This document shows, one piece after another, positions 11,561 through 21,751 of a DNA stretch of 64,000 bases. Origin of the DNA: Alloascoidea hylecoeti. Its lineage: Eukaryota. The translations under genes and the position numbers were made by a program. The stretch is from positions 1-64,000 of the forward strand of contig BCKZ01000016.1 of the NCBI GenBank assembly GCA_001600815.1. Direction: 5' to 3'. The notes beneath the pieces are model-generated. The model saw only the letters and a program-made list of their open reading frames with translations, was not told the origin of the DNA and did no database searches. Position 1 is the stretch's first letter, and each line of letters opens with the position of its first letter.

Positions 11561-12439
11561 TTGATTTCGGAAGTTCCTCCCCTAAATATCGCCAACTTCG
11601 CCTCGTTGTCTTCACCAACTACCTTCTCCGACGCCATTTTAGGTGGTCCCAATTCCCAATGGCCCTCTTTTCCGGGTTTAACCTCCTCTCCTCAGAACGA
11701 TCACGACACATTCTCCTTTCTTAATGATGCGGATTTCGCTTCTTTGGTTCCGAATGAGGGACAGGATAGATCTGCAGATTTAGAACAACATTTAGATCCT
11801 CTTGTCCCCTTCGATTTCAACACAGTCCCTGGTTATTCGGAAGACACAGGCCCTAATCAGAACCTTTTCATTTATCTACCAGAGCATGCCCTGGTTCAAG
11901 ATCCTGCTATTAAAACTGAAGAACCGGAAGATTTACCTTATGATGAATGTTTACATGCTGCTCCAATATTGTCTTTACCTCCTGCTTCTCTCTCTCCTCC
12001 AATAAATACAAATCAAAATCCGGCTCCAACGTTAACTCCTATCCCTACTCCTGATCCAACTCAAACTCCTGTTCCAAATTCATTAAAACGTCGGGCTCCA
12101 TCATCCACTCTTGAATCATGCAAAAAAACAATTAAAAAAGAACTTTCAATCTCTGAATTATCAACAGAAACAGTTTTAAAAAGAATAAATAAGCGTCGAA
12201 AACGTAAACCAGCAACAAATGGTAATATATCTGTTGATACTGATGATCCAGTTGCTAAAAAAAGAGCAATAAATACCTTAGCTGCAAGGAAATACAGAAA
12301 ACAAAGACAGCAAGAAGTTGAAAAATTAGAAGAAAGAATACGGCAATTGGAAAATGAAAGAAGTAATTTAGATATTGAAGTTAAATGGTGGAAAATGGAA
12401 GCACAAAGATGGAAAGAACTTGCTGGTAATAATAAATAA
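11561..12439 (+). CDS. Gcn4/CpcA/JlbA/IDI-4-like bZIP transcription factor; start codon uncertain (no in-frame ATG before the bZIP, TTG 11561 is the candidate)
   Basis: DPVAKKRAINTLAARKYRKQRQQEVEKLEERIRQLENERSNL basic region and zipper at the C-terminus, acidic/aromatic N-terminal region. In-frame TGA at 11537-11539; the only in-frame ATG is 12395. Confidence 0.85.
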   Translation: MISEVPPLNIANFASLSSPTTFSDAILGGPNSQWPSFPGLTSSPQNDHDTFSFLNDADFASLVPNEGQDRSADLEQHLDPLVPFDFNTVPGYSEDTGPNQNLFIYLPEHALVQDPAIKTEEPEDLPYDECLHAAPILSLPPASLSPPINTNQNPAPTLTPIPTPDPTQTPVPNSLKRRAPSSTLESCKKTIKKELSISELSTETVLKRINKRRKRKPATNGNISVDTDDPVAKKRAINTLAARKYRKQRQQEVEKLEERIRQLENERSNLDIEVKWWKMEAQRWKELAGNNK

Positions 12440-12475
12440 ACACTTTTTTTCATATATTGGGGATTAATACACATC

Positions 12476-12563
12476 TATTACTATTATTATTATCATATTA
12501 CTTTTATTGCTACTATTATTGAATATTATTATTTTAGCTATTACTATTATTATTATTACTATT
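12476..12563 (+). repeat. Degenerate (TAT)n low-complexity tract in the bZIP 3' region
   Basis: Runs of tattattat/tactat. Confidence 0.6.
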
Positions 12564-14007
12564 GTTTAATCTGATTTAGGAGTAAAAGGAAACAAAAACA
12601 ATCAAAAAAAAATTTAAAACTACAGGAAATTTACAAAAACAAAAAAAAATTGGTGAAAACTTAAGGATACCAACAAACATTTTAAACGTCATTCAAATTT
12701 CAAATTTCGAATCATCTAAATCAATTAATTTACCTTTTTCTTCATTTCGATAGATAGCAAAGATCTTATCGATTTTATTCATGTATAAAGAAGGAATACA
12801 AAATTAAAATACAATGGTATTATTATTAATATCAATATTCTTTTTTTTTTATTCCCCATTAATCTAAAATCTAAATTTAAAAATTCAATTCTTTATTATA
12901 GACAGATTTCTTTTTCCTTTTTATTTTTATCTTTGTTTACTTAATTACCATCGGTTTTTGACTTCATTGATTTAACTGTTCATATTTGATTTACTTTTTT
13001 TTTAACTATTTATTTATTTTATATACGACCCCTTGTTCATGGCTTTCTATTTATATTTTTATACCAATGTTTTATATTTATAATGTTATTATATGTTACA
13101 ATGTTAACGTTAACTGTGAATTCTCTTTTTTTTATATTCTTTCTAGATAATAAATTTTCATTCAATTGCAATAATGTAATTAAGAAGTAATTTTATGTGT
13201 TTTATCCTTTTGCGATTCTCGAAACTGTAAGCTTAATTAAATGAATTTTTGCTCTGTAATTGTGATTATTGTAACTGAAAGGGCCGGAGATCATCCGAAT
13301 ATTGAATTTTTGGCACATGCTCGTAATTGACTTATCATTATTCAGTTGTATTCCATCATTCAATGCTCATTTCCCTGAGTTTCAAAAGTAAAAAACCCGG
13401 GCAAAGCTTGCTTAAAACGAGACTAATAGTAAATGGGAAGCACACTATTGTTTTATCTTCTTTTTCTTCCGCATTTGAGAAGGGAAAAGCCCAGATAAAA
13501 GGAAAGGGACCTTCAAATTTTAAATCTCTTTGCTGCTGCTGATAGAACTTTATTAAAACAGGAAACCTTGCCACTGTTACGTTGCAATTGATTAATATTG
13601 ATAACGTTAAACTATATTGTTCTTTTTATCATATAGTAATCCTTAGATTATTTTTACATTATAAAATAGTTTAGAAAAAGAAGTACTAAAAGGTAAAGAA
13701 GAATAGATAGTCATTACTTTAAAAGATGACACTAATATGTATTACAACTAAATTGAATGTTTATTCATGGGAAGTTTTTGATCATTCTTCAAGGCTAAAT
13801 AGTTTAAGATAAAACTCATTTATCATATTAAGATAGTATTTCATAATCCGACATGGATAAACTTACCAAGTCTATGATATTATTAGTTAGACTGCCAGGC
13901 TTAATTCAACATCTCTTCGCTAAATAGTTTAAAATAAAAATATTAGAATTCAGCAAATTAAAATAGTTTTTGACTCATTTTATCGATCAAGTATTGCATT
14001 ATTCAGC

Positions 14008-14099
14008 GTTTCCACTTGATTTAGGCCACTTATGATGATCGTAATTAGTGACGGGGGGATGATGATTATTATTTGAGATGGCCTAAATTAAGTGGAAAC
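14008..14099. repeat. 92-bp hairpin with 21-bp terminal inverted repeats
   Basis: GTTTCCACTTGATTTAGGCCA (14008-14028) vs TGGCCTAAATTAAGTGGAAAC (14079-14099): 20 of 21 complementary. Confidence 0.85.
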
Positions 14100-14615
14100 A
14101 TGGTCTTGTTTCTATCCCTCAGTTATATTCCCAAATGGGAAATGTTCTTGTGTGCATTATTATACTATTTACACTATGTATTCGTTATATTGTAGGAAGT
14201 ATTAGATGTTATGGGTCTTCGGAGAGGTTAATCTTGACCCTACACAAATATGGTGTAAGTAAGACTCTGAATGTTATCCTTTTTGATCTGCTTTTCACTC
14301 TCAATTGTTATCGGGTACACTTAATACAACGAACCTAATCGATTAATATATTGATACTAAATCAATGATATAATAAAATTTTGATCTGTACAAATAAATA
14401 TATAATGACCAGGTCTCAAAACATAGTAGCTAAAAGGAATCTAGATAAGCCGTGGCCAGCACATTATAATATAAATATAGGTCTATTTATTGATTGATTA
14501 ATCCACATCTTCCGCTTTTTCATAAGTCAATCAGTTGTTTTTAGATCTACTCAGGTTCAACATTTGTGATTTAATTCTTATAACCTACTACTTTTAAACT
14601 AGGTAATAATTATAA

Positions 14616-15887
14616 ATGTCAACTATTACTACTAAAACAATACTTAATGTTACAGCTTTACTTGATCTTACATTAAAAGGAGTATCTGTCCTTGATGATA
14701 AGATTAAAAATGATAGGAACTTTGATCAACAAGTAATCGATGCTTTGGTAAATAATAAATATACAATCTATAAACTTGAAGATTTTAAAGATGAAATTCC
14801 AAAATTATCGGAAATTGATGCAAATATGGCATATGAATTATTAAGACCAATACAAATTAGAATTGAAAAAGCTGATGAGATAATAAAATATTATATTGGT
14901 GAGAGTGCCATGGAATCAGAAGATGAAACAAATGAAGGGGAAGAAGCAGATGATGATGAACCACCGGATTTTATTAAAAGGATCAAATTCAGTGTTTCAG
15001 ATTCAAATATGTTAACAAGTTATGTAACAGATGCTCAAAAGCATTGTGAAAAATTTATTGAATTTATGAAGGAACGTCGTATTGAACAAGAAAAGAATGA
15101 TGATATTGAATGGGATGATGATTTCCATTCAGGAATGTTAATTTCTTATTCACCACCTTTTGAAAAATGTGAAAAATTATCTCGAGAATCTGCATTATGT
15201 CAAATTTATGTTAATGATTTAAAACATTTTTTTTTAGAACAAACACAAAAGAAAAGAGCATGTGCTATATTAAGAGGTAATAATAATATATCACAAAGAC
15301 AACTTTCAAATATTTCAAGAGATTACGCTTTATTAGTTACAAATGATGAAGATACTAAATCACAATTAGATTATTCAACAATTCTTTGGATTGATGCAAA
15401 AAATATTGAATCAATAACTAAATCATGTTATAAAATTTTACAAAAACTTTTAACTTATTATATTACAAAAATGAATTCAGAAACAACTTATTCATGTATT
15501 GGGAAAAAATTTGGTATGCCATGGATAATTAGTAATTCAGGTCGACTTAATTTAAAACCTCCTTCAAATTCAAATAATCGAATTTCATCATTAATTCATT
15601 CTTTTCATTGGATGTTTAGTAACAAATCTGACTGTATATCACCTATAAATAAAGAATTAGATCATAATGTTGAAAAATCAGAGAATGATATTCATATTTG
15701 GAAGGCAGTATATAATTGGTTAAATCATTATAATAATAAGAAATGGTTACTTATTTTAAATAATGTTGTTGATCCAATACTAGATACTGATGATTTGATT
15801 CCAAAATCTAATTGGGGGCATATAATTATTACTACTTCAGCAAGAATTAGCACAAGTAAAGGGAAAGTTTTTCCGGTTAAATCATAA
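14616..15887 (+). CDS. NLR/STAND-like protein: helical (SesA/HeLo-like) N-terminus plus degenerate, truncated NB-ARC domain
   Basis: Intact 423-aa ORF with ordered fungal NB-ARC landmarks: AILRGNNNISQRQLS...YA (Walker A position), YSTILWIDA, NWL...KKWLLILNNVVD (Walker B position), IP...GHIIITTSAR (sensor 1). Confidence 0.7.
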   Translation: MSTITTKTILNVTALLDLTLKGVSVLDDKIKNDRNFDQQVIDALVNNKYTIYKLEDFKDEIPKLSEIDANMAYELLRPIQIRIEKADEIIKYYIGESAMESEDETNEGEEADDDEPPDFIKRIKFSVSDSNMLTSYVTDAQKHCEKFIEFMKERRIEQEKNDDIEWDDDFHSGMLISYSPPFEKCEKLSRESALCQIYVNDLKHFFLEQTQKKRACAILRGNNNISQRQLSNISRDYALLVTNDEDTKSQLDYSTILWIDAKNIESITKSCYKILQKLLTYYITKMNSETTYSCIGKKFGMPWIISNSGRLNLKPPSNSNNRISSLIHSFHWMFSNKSDCISPINKELDHNVEKSENDIHIWKAVYNWLNHYNNKKWLLILNNVVDPILDTDDLIPKSNWGHIIITTSARISTSKGKVFPVKS

Positions 15888-16125
15888 TTAGAAGTCATGA
15901 ACAAGCCTTGGAGTCTGAGTAAATACAAACTTGATTAATTGTAAGATGTATTCACTTGTTGCGTTGAATATCTTTTATGATTATGTATACTAGTTTAATT
16001 AATGGTATAAATTATGATTTATGGACAGCTATTTTAATCCTTTTTTACAAACGGTGAGTGTTATAATAAAAATACTAAGTATTAATAACTAAATTTTCTA
16101 TGTTCATCTATCTATATGTCTAATT

Positions 16126-18927
16126 TTATTCTGCTTGTAAAACTTTCTTTAATTCTTTCAATTGTTCCAAATCTTCATCTTGATTCCAAATTCCTCTTCT
16201 AACAATTATATAATCTTTACAAGTTTCCCAAGATTTCTTTATTTCATTAACATAATCATCACTGACTTTTTTATTATTTTCAATTTCTTTTATAAAATTT
16301 TCAATTTTTAAAATTTGTTTTTCATTACTTAAATTTGAAAATACAATAATTATAACATCTTTTAAAATATCAATTTTTTTTTTATTAAAAATTAATTGAT
16401 TTAAATTAATTAATGAATGTTGATATAAATAAATAAAATTTGATGAAAACCAATTTAATAAAATTAAACTTGATTTTGATCTTGTTGTTAATCCAACAAG
16501 ACATAATTCAATATTTTCAATATCACCTTTTAAAAAATGATCTTTAAAAAAATTTAATGTTTTATTAATTAATTGTAAATCTTGTGTAAAACCTAATGAT
16601 GTTAAAGCTGCTTGATGAATTTGTTTAGAAGATTGTGATGGTGTTGATAATTTTGTTAATGATAATAATTGTTTATATTGTTTTTGTGATGAATTATAAG
16701 AAACATGACATAAAATATTTGTAATTAATGGTAATGGTATATGATTAATATTAATTAATAATGATTTAAAAAGTTTTGATATAATTTGTTTCATTGTTGT
16801 TGATGATGATGAATAAGATGAAGAAATTAATAAATTTCTTAATGTTAATTCTTTTGTTGAAATTTTAACTAATGTTTCAGTATTTGTAAAATAATCAATT
16901 GACCAATCTAAACTGTTTATTATATATTCAATTAAATTACTTTGCCATTTTAAAAATTCAGAGAAAATTGATGATTCAACAAGTGAGTTTTCAATTGTTT
17001 GACAATAAACTAAAATAACTGCCCAAACATTTATATCCTTTGTTGATTTCAATGTTGTTATAAAATTAATAAATGGAATTAATTGATTTTTTGATAATAT
17101 TGGTAATAATTTCCCATGATCATTTAAAATTCCAACTATATCTAATGTTGTAATTAAATTTTTAGAATTTAAAAAATTTGTTGAAATAATTGATAATTGT
17201 TTTTCAGGATTTAAATAAATTGTTTTATAAAAACCAACTTGATCAGGATTTAATTTTATAAAAAAATTTGAATCATTAATATTAAGTTTTAATTTTCTTT
17301 CATTAAATATTATAAATTTAATACCTTTTGTTGTTAAAATTGTTAATGGAATATCATAAATAAAATCATCTTCAGTTGAAAATTTCCCATTTGTTAATAG
17401 ATCTTGTGGATTTTGATATCTATGTTGTTCTAAATTAATAAAACCTTCTTCATCTTCAGAAACTGAAATTAATGGAAATCCTGGTCTATGAATCCAACCA
17501 GAAATTAATTTTTTAATATTTAATTTATTATTTGTAGCTATTGAAAATTCATCCCATAAATCATTTGAATCTATAGTTTTAAATTGATTTTTTGAAATTA
17601 ATGATTTTAATGCTAAATTAAATGTACTATTTGAATTTGTAAAACCATCAATAAAATTTGAAAACATTCTTAATAAACAAATTCCTTTACGATAAGAAAT
17701 TGCATCAAAAGTATCTTCAGATTTTTTAACATCTCCAATAATTTGTTTAAAAATTTGTTTTGAATTTAAATTTGAATCACTTATAAAAGCAGAATCATAA
17801 TCATCAATAAAATTTAACCATGGATTTTCAATTTCATCTTCATAATATTTTAAAACATGATATGGGAAAAATGTTGCAAATGATTCATTTAACCAAACAT
17901 CTCTCCAATTTTTAAAACCAACTGAATTACCTAACCACATATGAACCATTTCATGTGATACAATATGTTGAATACTTTTCTTAATACCAATGCCAATTGA
18001 TTCTAAATTATCATCTCTTGTCATAACAGCACCTTGTTTAATAGTAATTAACCCCCAATTTTCCATTGCACCATCATCCAAAAAAGGAACAGCCAAAAAA
18101 TCAAGTTTTGGAAGAGGATATGGATGGCCAAATGATTTTGAAACTTTTGGTAAGAAATCAGAAGCAACTGATAAAGCATATTTTAAAGAACCATTTAAAC
18201 CAATTGGTTTAAAACCATTTATTGGAATACCTAATGAATTTTCGGGCGCTTTTTCCAATTCTAAATCACCAATTGCTAAACCAAATACATTCCAAGCCAT
18301 TGCAGGAGTAGTATTAAAAGTGACCCTTTTCCAGTCATTTATGCCTTTTTCATTTGATTTGGGAAGCTGGGTCACGTGTTTGATATCCATAACACTTAAC
18401 ACCGTGAAACGGTTCCAGGTTTCGACCTCAAGGTCAACAGTGGCTCTTACGGAAGGTTCATCGACACAAGGAACAAAACATCTTGCGTGGGTGGGTTGGA
18501 AATGGGAATTGAGGACATAATTCATTTCGCTGCCATCATTTGTTTGAGAAGTATAGTTTGTTTTGTAGAGGCCAGGTGTTGGGATATTGTCTCGGCCCAC
18601 AGTAGTTAAGCGAGCGGTGAAGGTCAATTCCAACGACAAGCCTGAGACTGTTTCGGCTTCTGAAACATCCGACGAAACAGTGACGGTTTCGGCTTTTCTG
18701 TCTGTTTTAACAGCCAGCCTGTTACCATTTAGCAAAGCTGAGGAGACGATCAATTGAGAGGCATGGAGCTTAAAGGAAAACGGCTCTTCAGCTTTGGTGG
18801 TTTCGTTCCTCAGCAGAGAAATGTTCGCAGTTCCTGTGTAGGCAGACCGCGTGGGATCCACACGGATTTGGACCCTGTAGTTTGTGGGTAAATATCTGTT
18901 AGTCGCTGCCAATTCCTCCGTACACAT
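16126..18927 (-). CDS. M1-family zinc aminopeptidase (Ape2/Aap1/Tma108 family)
   Basis: FQPTHAR..VPCVDEP, GAMENWGL, HEMVH-X18-E, FDAISYRKG. Confidence 0.9.
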   Translation of the reverse strand: MCTEELAATNRYLPTNYRVQIRVDPTRSAYTGTANISLLRNETTKAEEPFSFKLHASQLIVSSALLNGNRLAVKTDRKAETVTVSSDVSEAETVSGLSLELTFTARLTTVGRDNIPTPGLYKTNYTSQTNDGSEMNYVLNSHFQPTHARCFVPCVDEPSVRATVDLEVETWNRFTVLSVMDIKHVTQLPKSNEKGINDWKRVTFNTTPAMAWNVFGLAIGDLELEKAPENSLGIPINGFKPIGLNGSLKYALSVASDFLPKVSKSFGHPYPLPKLDFLAVPFLDDGAMENWGLITIKQGAVMTRDDNLESIGIGIKKSIQHIVSHEMVHMWLGNSVGFKNWRDVWLNESFATFFPYHVLKYYEDEIENPWLNFIDDYDSAFISDSNLNSKQIFKQIIGDVKKSEDTFDAISYRKGICLLRMFSNFIDGFTNSNSTFNLALKSLISKNQFKTIDSNDLWDEFSIATNNKLNIKKLISGWIHRPGFPLISVSEDEEGFINLEQHRYQNPQDLLTNGKFSTEDDFIYDIPLTILTTKGIKFIIFNERKLKLNINDSNFFIKLNPDQVGFYKTIYLNPEKQLSIISTNFLNSKNLITTLDIVGILNDHGKLLPILSKNQLIPFINFITTLKSTKDINVWAVILVYCQTIENSLVESSIFSEFLKWQSNLIEYIINSLDWSIDYFTNTETLVKISTKELTLRNLLISSSYSSSSTTMKQIISKLFKSLLININHIPLPLITNILCHVSYNSSQKQYKQLLSLTKLSTPSQSSKQIHQAALTSLGFTQDLQLINKTLNFFKDHFLKGDIENIELCLVGLTTRSKSSLILLNWFSSNFIYLYQHSLINLNQLIFNKKKIDILKDVIIIVFSNLSNEKQILKIENFIKEIENNKKVSDDYVNEIKKSWETCKDYIIVRRGIWNQDEDLEQLKELKKVLQAE

Positions 18928-18994
18928 CTCGATATCAGAGTTATTAAGGTTTGTTTGGTGAAATGTGAAATGTGATTTTTGTACTTAAAGCCGG

Positions 18995-19071
18995 CCGGGT
19001 AACTGACGGGTAACTGACGGGTAACTCCGGGTAACGGCAGTCACGTGGGCACGTGGAAACGTGGCACGTGG
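18995..19071. promoter_or_regulatory. Cluster of four Reb1-type sites and three CACGTG E-boxes in the divergent aminopeptidase/YDJ1 promoter
   Basis: CGGGTAAC at 18996, 19007, 19018, 19028. CACGTG at 19042 (GTCACGTG, Cbf1-like), 19050, 19065. Confidence 0.75.
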
Positions 19072-19123
19072 ACGATTACTAATGGTACCTGTGCGGGTAC
19101 ATTTCAGCACGGGAGTAAACGGC

Positions 19124-19151
19124 GGAATGTTCGATGAGATTCCAAATTTCC
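19124..19151 (+). promoter_or_regulatory. Heat-shock-element-like array upstream of YDJ1
   Basis: gGAAtgTTCg followed by further TTC units, upstream of an Hsp40 gene. Confidence 0.45.
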
Positions 19152-19311
19152 GTTTTGGGACGCAGCACTTTTCAAATTTGCGTTGATAACAATAATTGTC
19201 GATTTTTTTAATGTGTATAATTTTTTAAATTTAAAACCTCTTTTTTTTCCAGTTTGAACATTTGTTTTTCACTTCTTTTCTTTTCTGCGCTTTTATTAAT
19301 ATTTCACTAAT

Positions 19312-20550
19312 ATGGTTAGAGAGTCTAAATTATACGATATTCTTGGTGTATCTCCTTCAGCAACTGAACAACAGATCAAAAAGGCATATCGTTTAGGTGC
19401 TTTAAAATATCATCCCGATAAAAACACTGGCAAACCTGAAGCTGCTGAAAAATTCAAAGAAATTTCAACTGCTTACGAAGTACTTTCTGATCCTGAGAAA
19501 AGAGAAGTATATGACCAATATGGTGAAGAAGGCTTAAATGGTGGTGGTCCTGGTATGGGTGGTGGTTCTGCTGAAGACTTATTTTCACATTTATTCGGTG
19601 GTGGTATGGGCGGTATGTTTGGTGGTGGTGCTCCACAGAGACCAAGCGGCCCAAGACGTGGTAAAGATATTCAACATGCTTTGAAATGTACTTTGGAAGA
19701 TTTATACACTGGAAGAAAAGCTAAACTGGCTCTGAATAAGACCGTTTTATGTAAATCCTGTGATGGTCAAGGTGGCAAGAAGGGAAGTGTGAAAACCTGT
19801 AGGGGATGTAGTGGTTCAGGTTATAAATTCATTACAAAACAAATGGGTCCTATGATACAAAGGTATCAAACTACTTGTCCTGAATGTCAAGGTGAAGGTC
19901 AAACAATTCCTGATAAAGACAGATGTAAAGTTTGTAGAGGTAAAGCAACAACACAGGAACGTAAAATCTTGGAAGTTCACGTCGACAAAGGAATGGAAAA
20001 TGGTCAAGCTATTACTTTCAGTGGTGAAGGTGATCAGGGTAAAGATATAATCCCTGGTGATGTCGTTGTTGTTATTTCTGAACAAGAACATGATCGATTT
20101 AAACGAAAAGGTGATGATTTAATTTATAATGCAAAAATTGATTTATTAACTGCTTTAGCTGGTGGTTCTTTTGCTATTAAACATTTAGATAATGAATATT
20201 TGAAAGTTGATATTATTCCTGGTGAAGTTATATCACCTGGTGCAACAAAAGTTATTGAAGGAAAAGGTATGCCTTCATATCGTCATCATATTCAGGGTAA
20301 TTTATATGTTGTTTTTGATGTTGAGTTCCCACCACCAAATTTTGGTACTGAAAATCAATTACTTTTATTAAATAAAATCTTACCTTCAAGAAAACCTTTA
20401 AATATTCCTGAAAATGCAATGGTTGATGATGTTGTTTTACAAGATGTTGATCCAACAAAACATAGAAGAGGTCAAAAATTATCTGATGATATGGATGATG
20501 ATGAAGGATATGAACAAGGTGGTCCAGGTGTTCAATGTGCTTCTCAATAA
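19312..20550 (+). CDS. YDJ1: Type I Hsp40 co-chaperone Ydj1
   Basis: J domain with HPD, G/F region, four CxxCxGxG-type zinc motifs, C-terminal CaaX GVQCASQ. Confidence 0.97.
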   Translation: MVRESKLYDILGVSPSATEQQIKKAYRLGALKYHPDKNTGKPEAAEKFKEISTAYEVLSDPEKREVYDQYGEEGLNGGGPGMGGGSAEDLFSHLFGGGMGGMFGGGAPQRPSGPRRGKDIQHALKCTLEDLYTGRKAKLALNKTVLCKSCDGQGGKKGSVKTCRGCSGSGYKFITKQMGPMIQRYQTTCPECQGEGQTIPDKDRCKVCRGKATTQERKILEVHVDKGMENGQAITFSGEGDQGKDIIPGDVVVVISEQEHDRFKRKGDDLIYNAKIDLLTALAGGSFAIKHLDNEYLKVDIIPGEVISPGATKVIEGKGMPSYRHHIQGNLYVVFDVEFPPPNFGTENQLLLLNKILPSRKPLNIPENAMVDDVVLQDVDPTKHRRGQKLSDDMDDDEGYEQGGPGVQCASQ

Positions 20551-21751
20551 ATTTAAAAGAATTTAAAATTTTAATTTAACATTTCAGACATAACATTTTT
20601 TTATATTATTATCTTTTTATAATTAATAATTATTTATTATAGAGCAATAAAAAAGAGGAAAAAAAAATTTAAAAAATTTTTGTCATTTTGTATTGTGCTT
20701 TAATATTCAATTGCAAAATTTGAAATCAATTAATTATATAAACCAAATAAGTCTTGTTTTATTATAGAATTTATAACTATGTTATATATGCCAAATGCAT
20801 ATTTGCTTTAAATTTATATCTATTCTAGTCTAGATATTCAATTGTACTATAATAAAAATTGTATCTACATTTTTAAGTATGATCATCCCCTCTGATTTCA
20901 TAAACCTTAACAAATTTCACGAATTTAAATTAATCCTTATCCATTGTCATTTTTCTAATCAATTGGTTTAATATCTTGATAATAGTCAAAGGCCTATAAG
21001 TATACCTTTTAATCATAATAATTATGAAGATCCAATATTGCTTGATGAGGGGCTATTTTAAGAAATTGTTGATCCTTCAAAACAGCTATTCCACAGTAGA
21101 ATAAATATATTGGGCCATGATAATTAGTAACTGTCGGCACACTCCTTGCAAGTAAAATTATGAACAATTCATTAGTTTGAAATTGTGTATTAATATGCAT
21201 ATTGATTATGATAAGATAATTATAGATCTAGTTTTATTTTGTATTTTATAATTAATATCGTTCAATAGTTATCTTAAATCTTAGAGCTAGCGCTAATAGC
21301 AAATATGTAAAATTTAATGGATTTAATTACAATTTTAATTATAGTTATTGGATATTCTAATTGAGAGTTGTATTTTATATTCATGGTTTATGTCGGTATA
21401 TTTAAAAACAGAGAGGGGGATAACATACAAAAAGATTGTGAAACAAAGACAAATAAATACAAGGAAACACAAACATGTCAAAGATTAATAAGATCATGTA
21501 TCAACTTCGATTCAGGTGTAAGTATCATATCGTCAAGGGAATTAGATCGATGGTATCATCAGATATGGACAAAGGTACGCTTAATCCATTAAATTATGGA
21601 CATACGAAATGGAAAATTGAAAAGATTTGACAAAACATTTGATAAATTGAAATTAAAAGCAGGTAGATTATATAGAAATTCATTACCTCAAAAAAATAGT
21701 GCCTCACTTACCAATACTTGTAACAGAATGACATCTTTTTGCATCCTGCTC

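Noticed and set aside
18996..19035. 11-bp tandem repeat as CRISPR-like or telomeric seed
   Set aside because: No spacers, eukaryotic context, and the core motif recurs singly at other promoters as a Reb1-type site.
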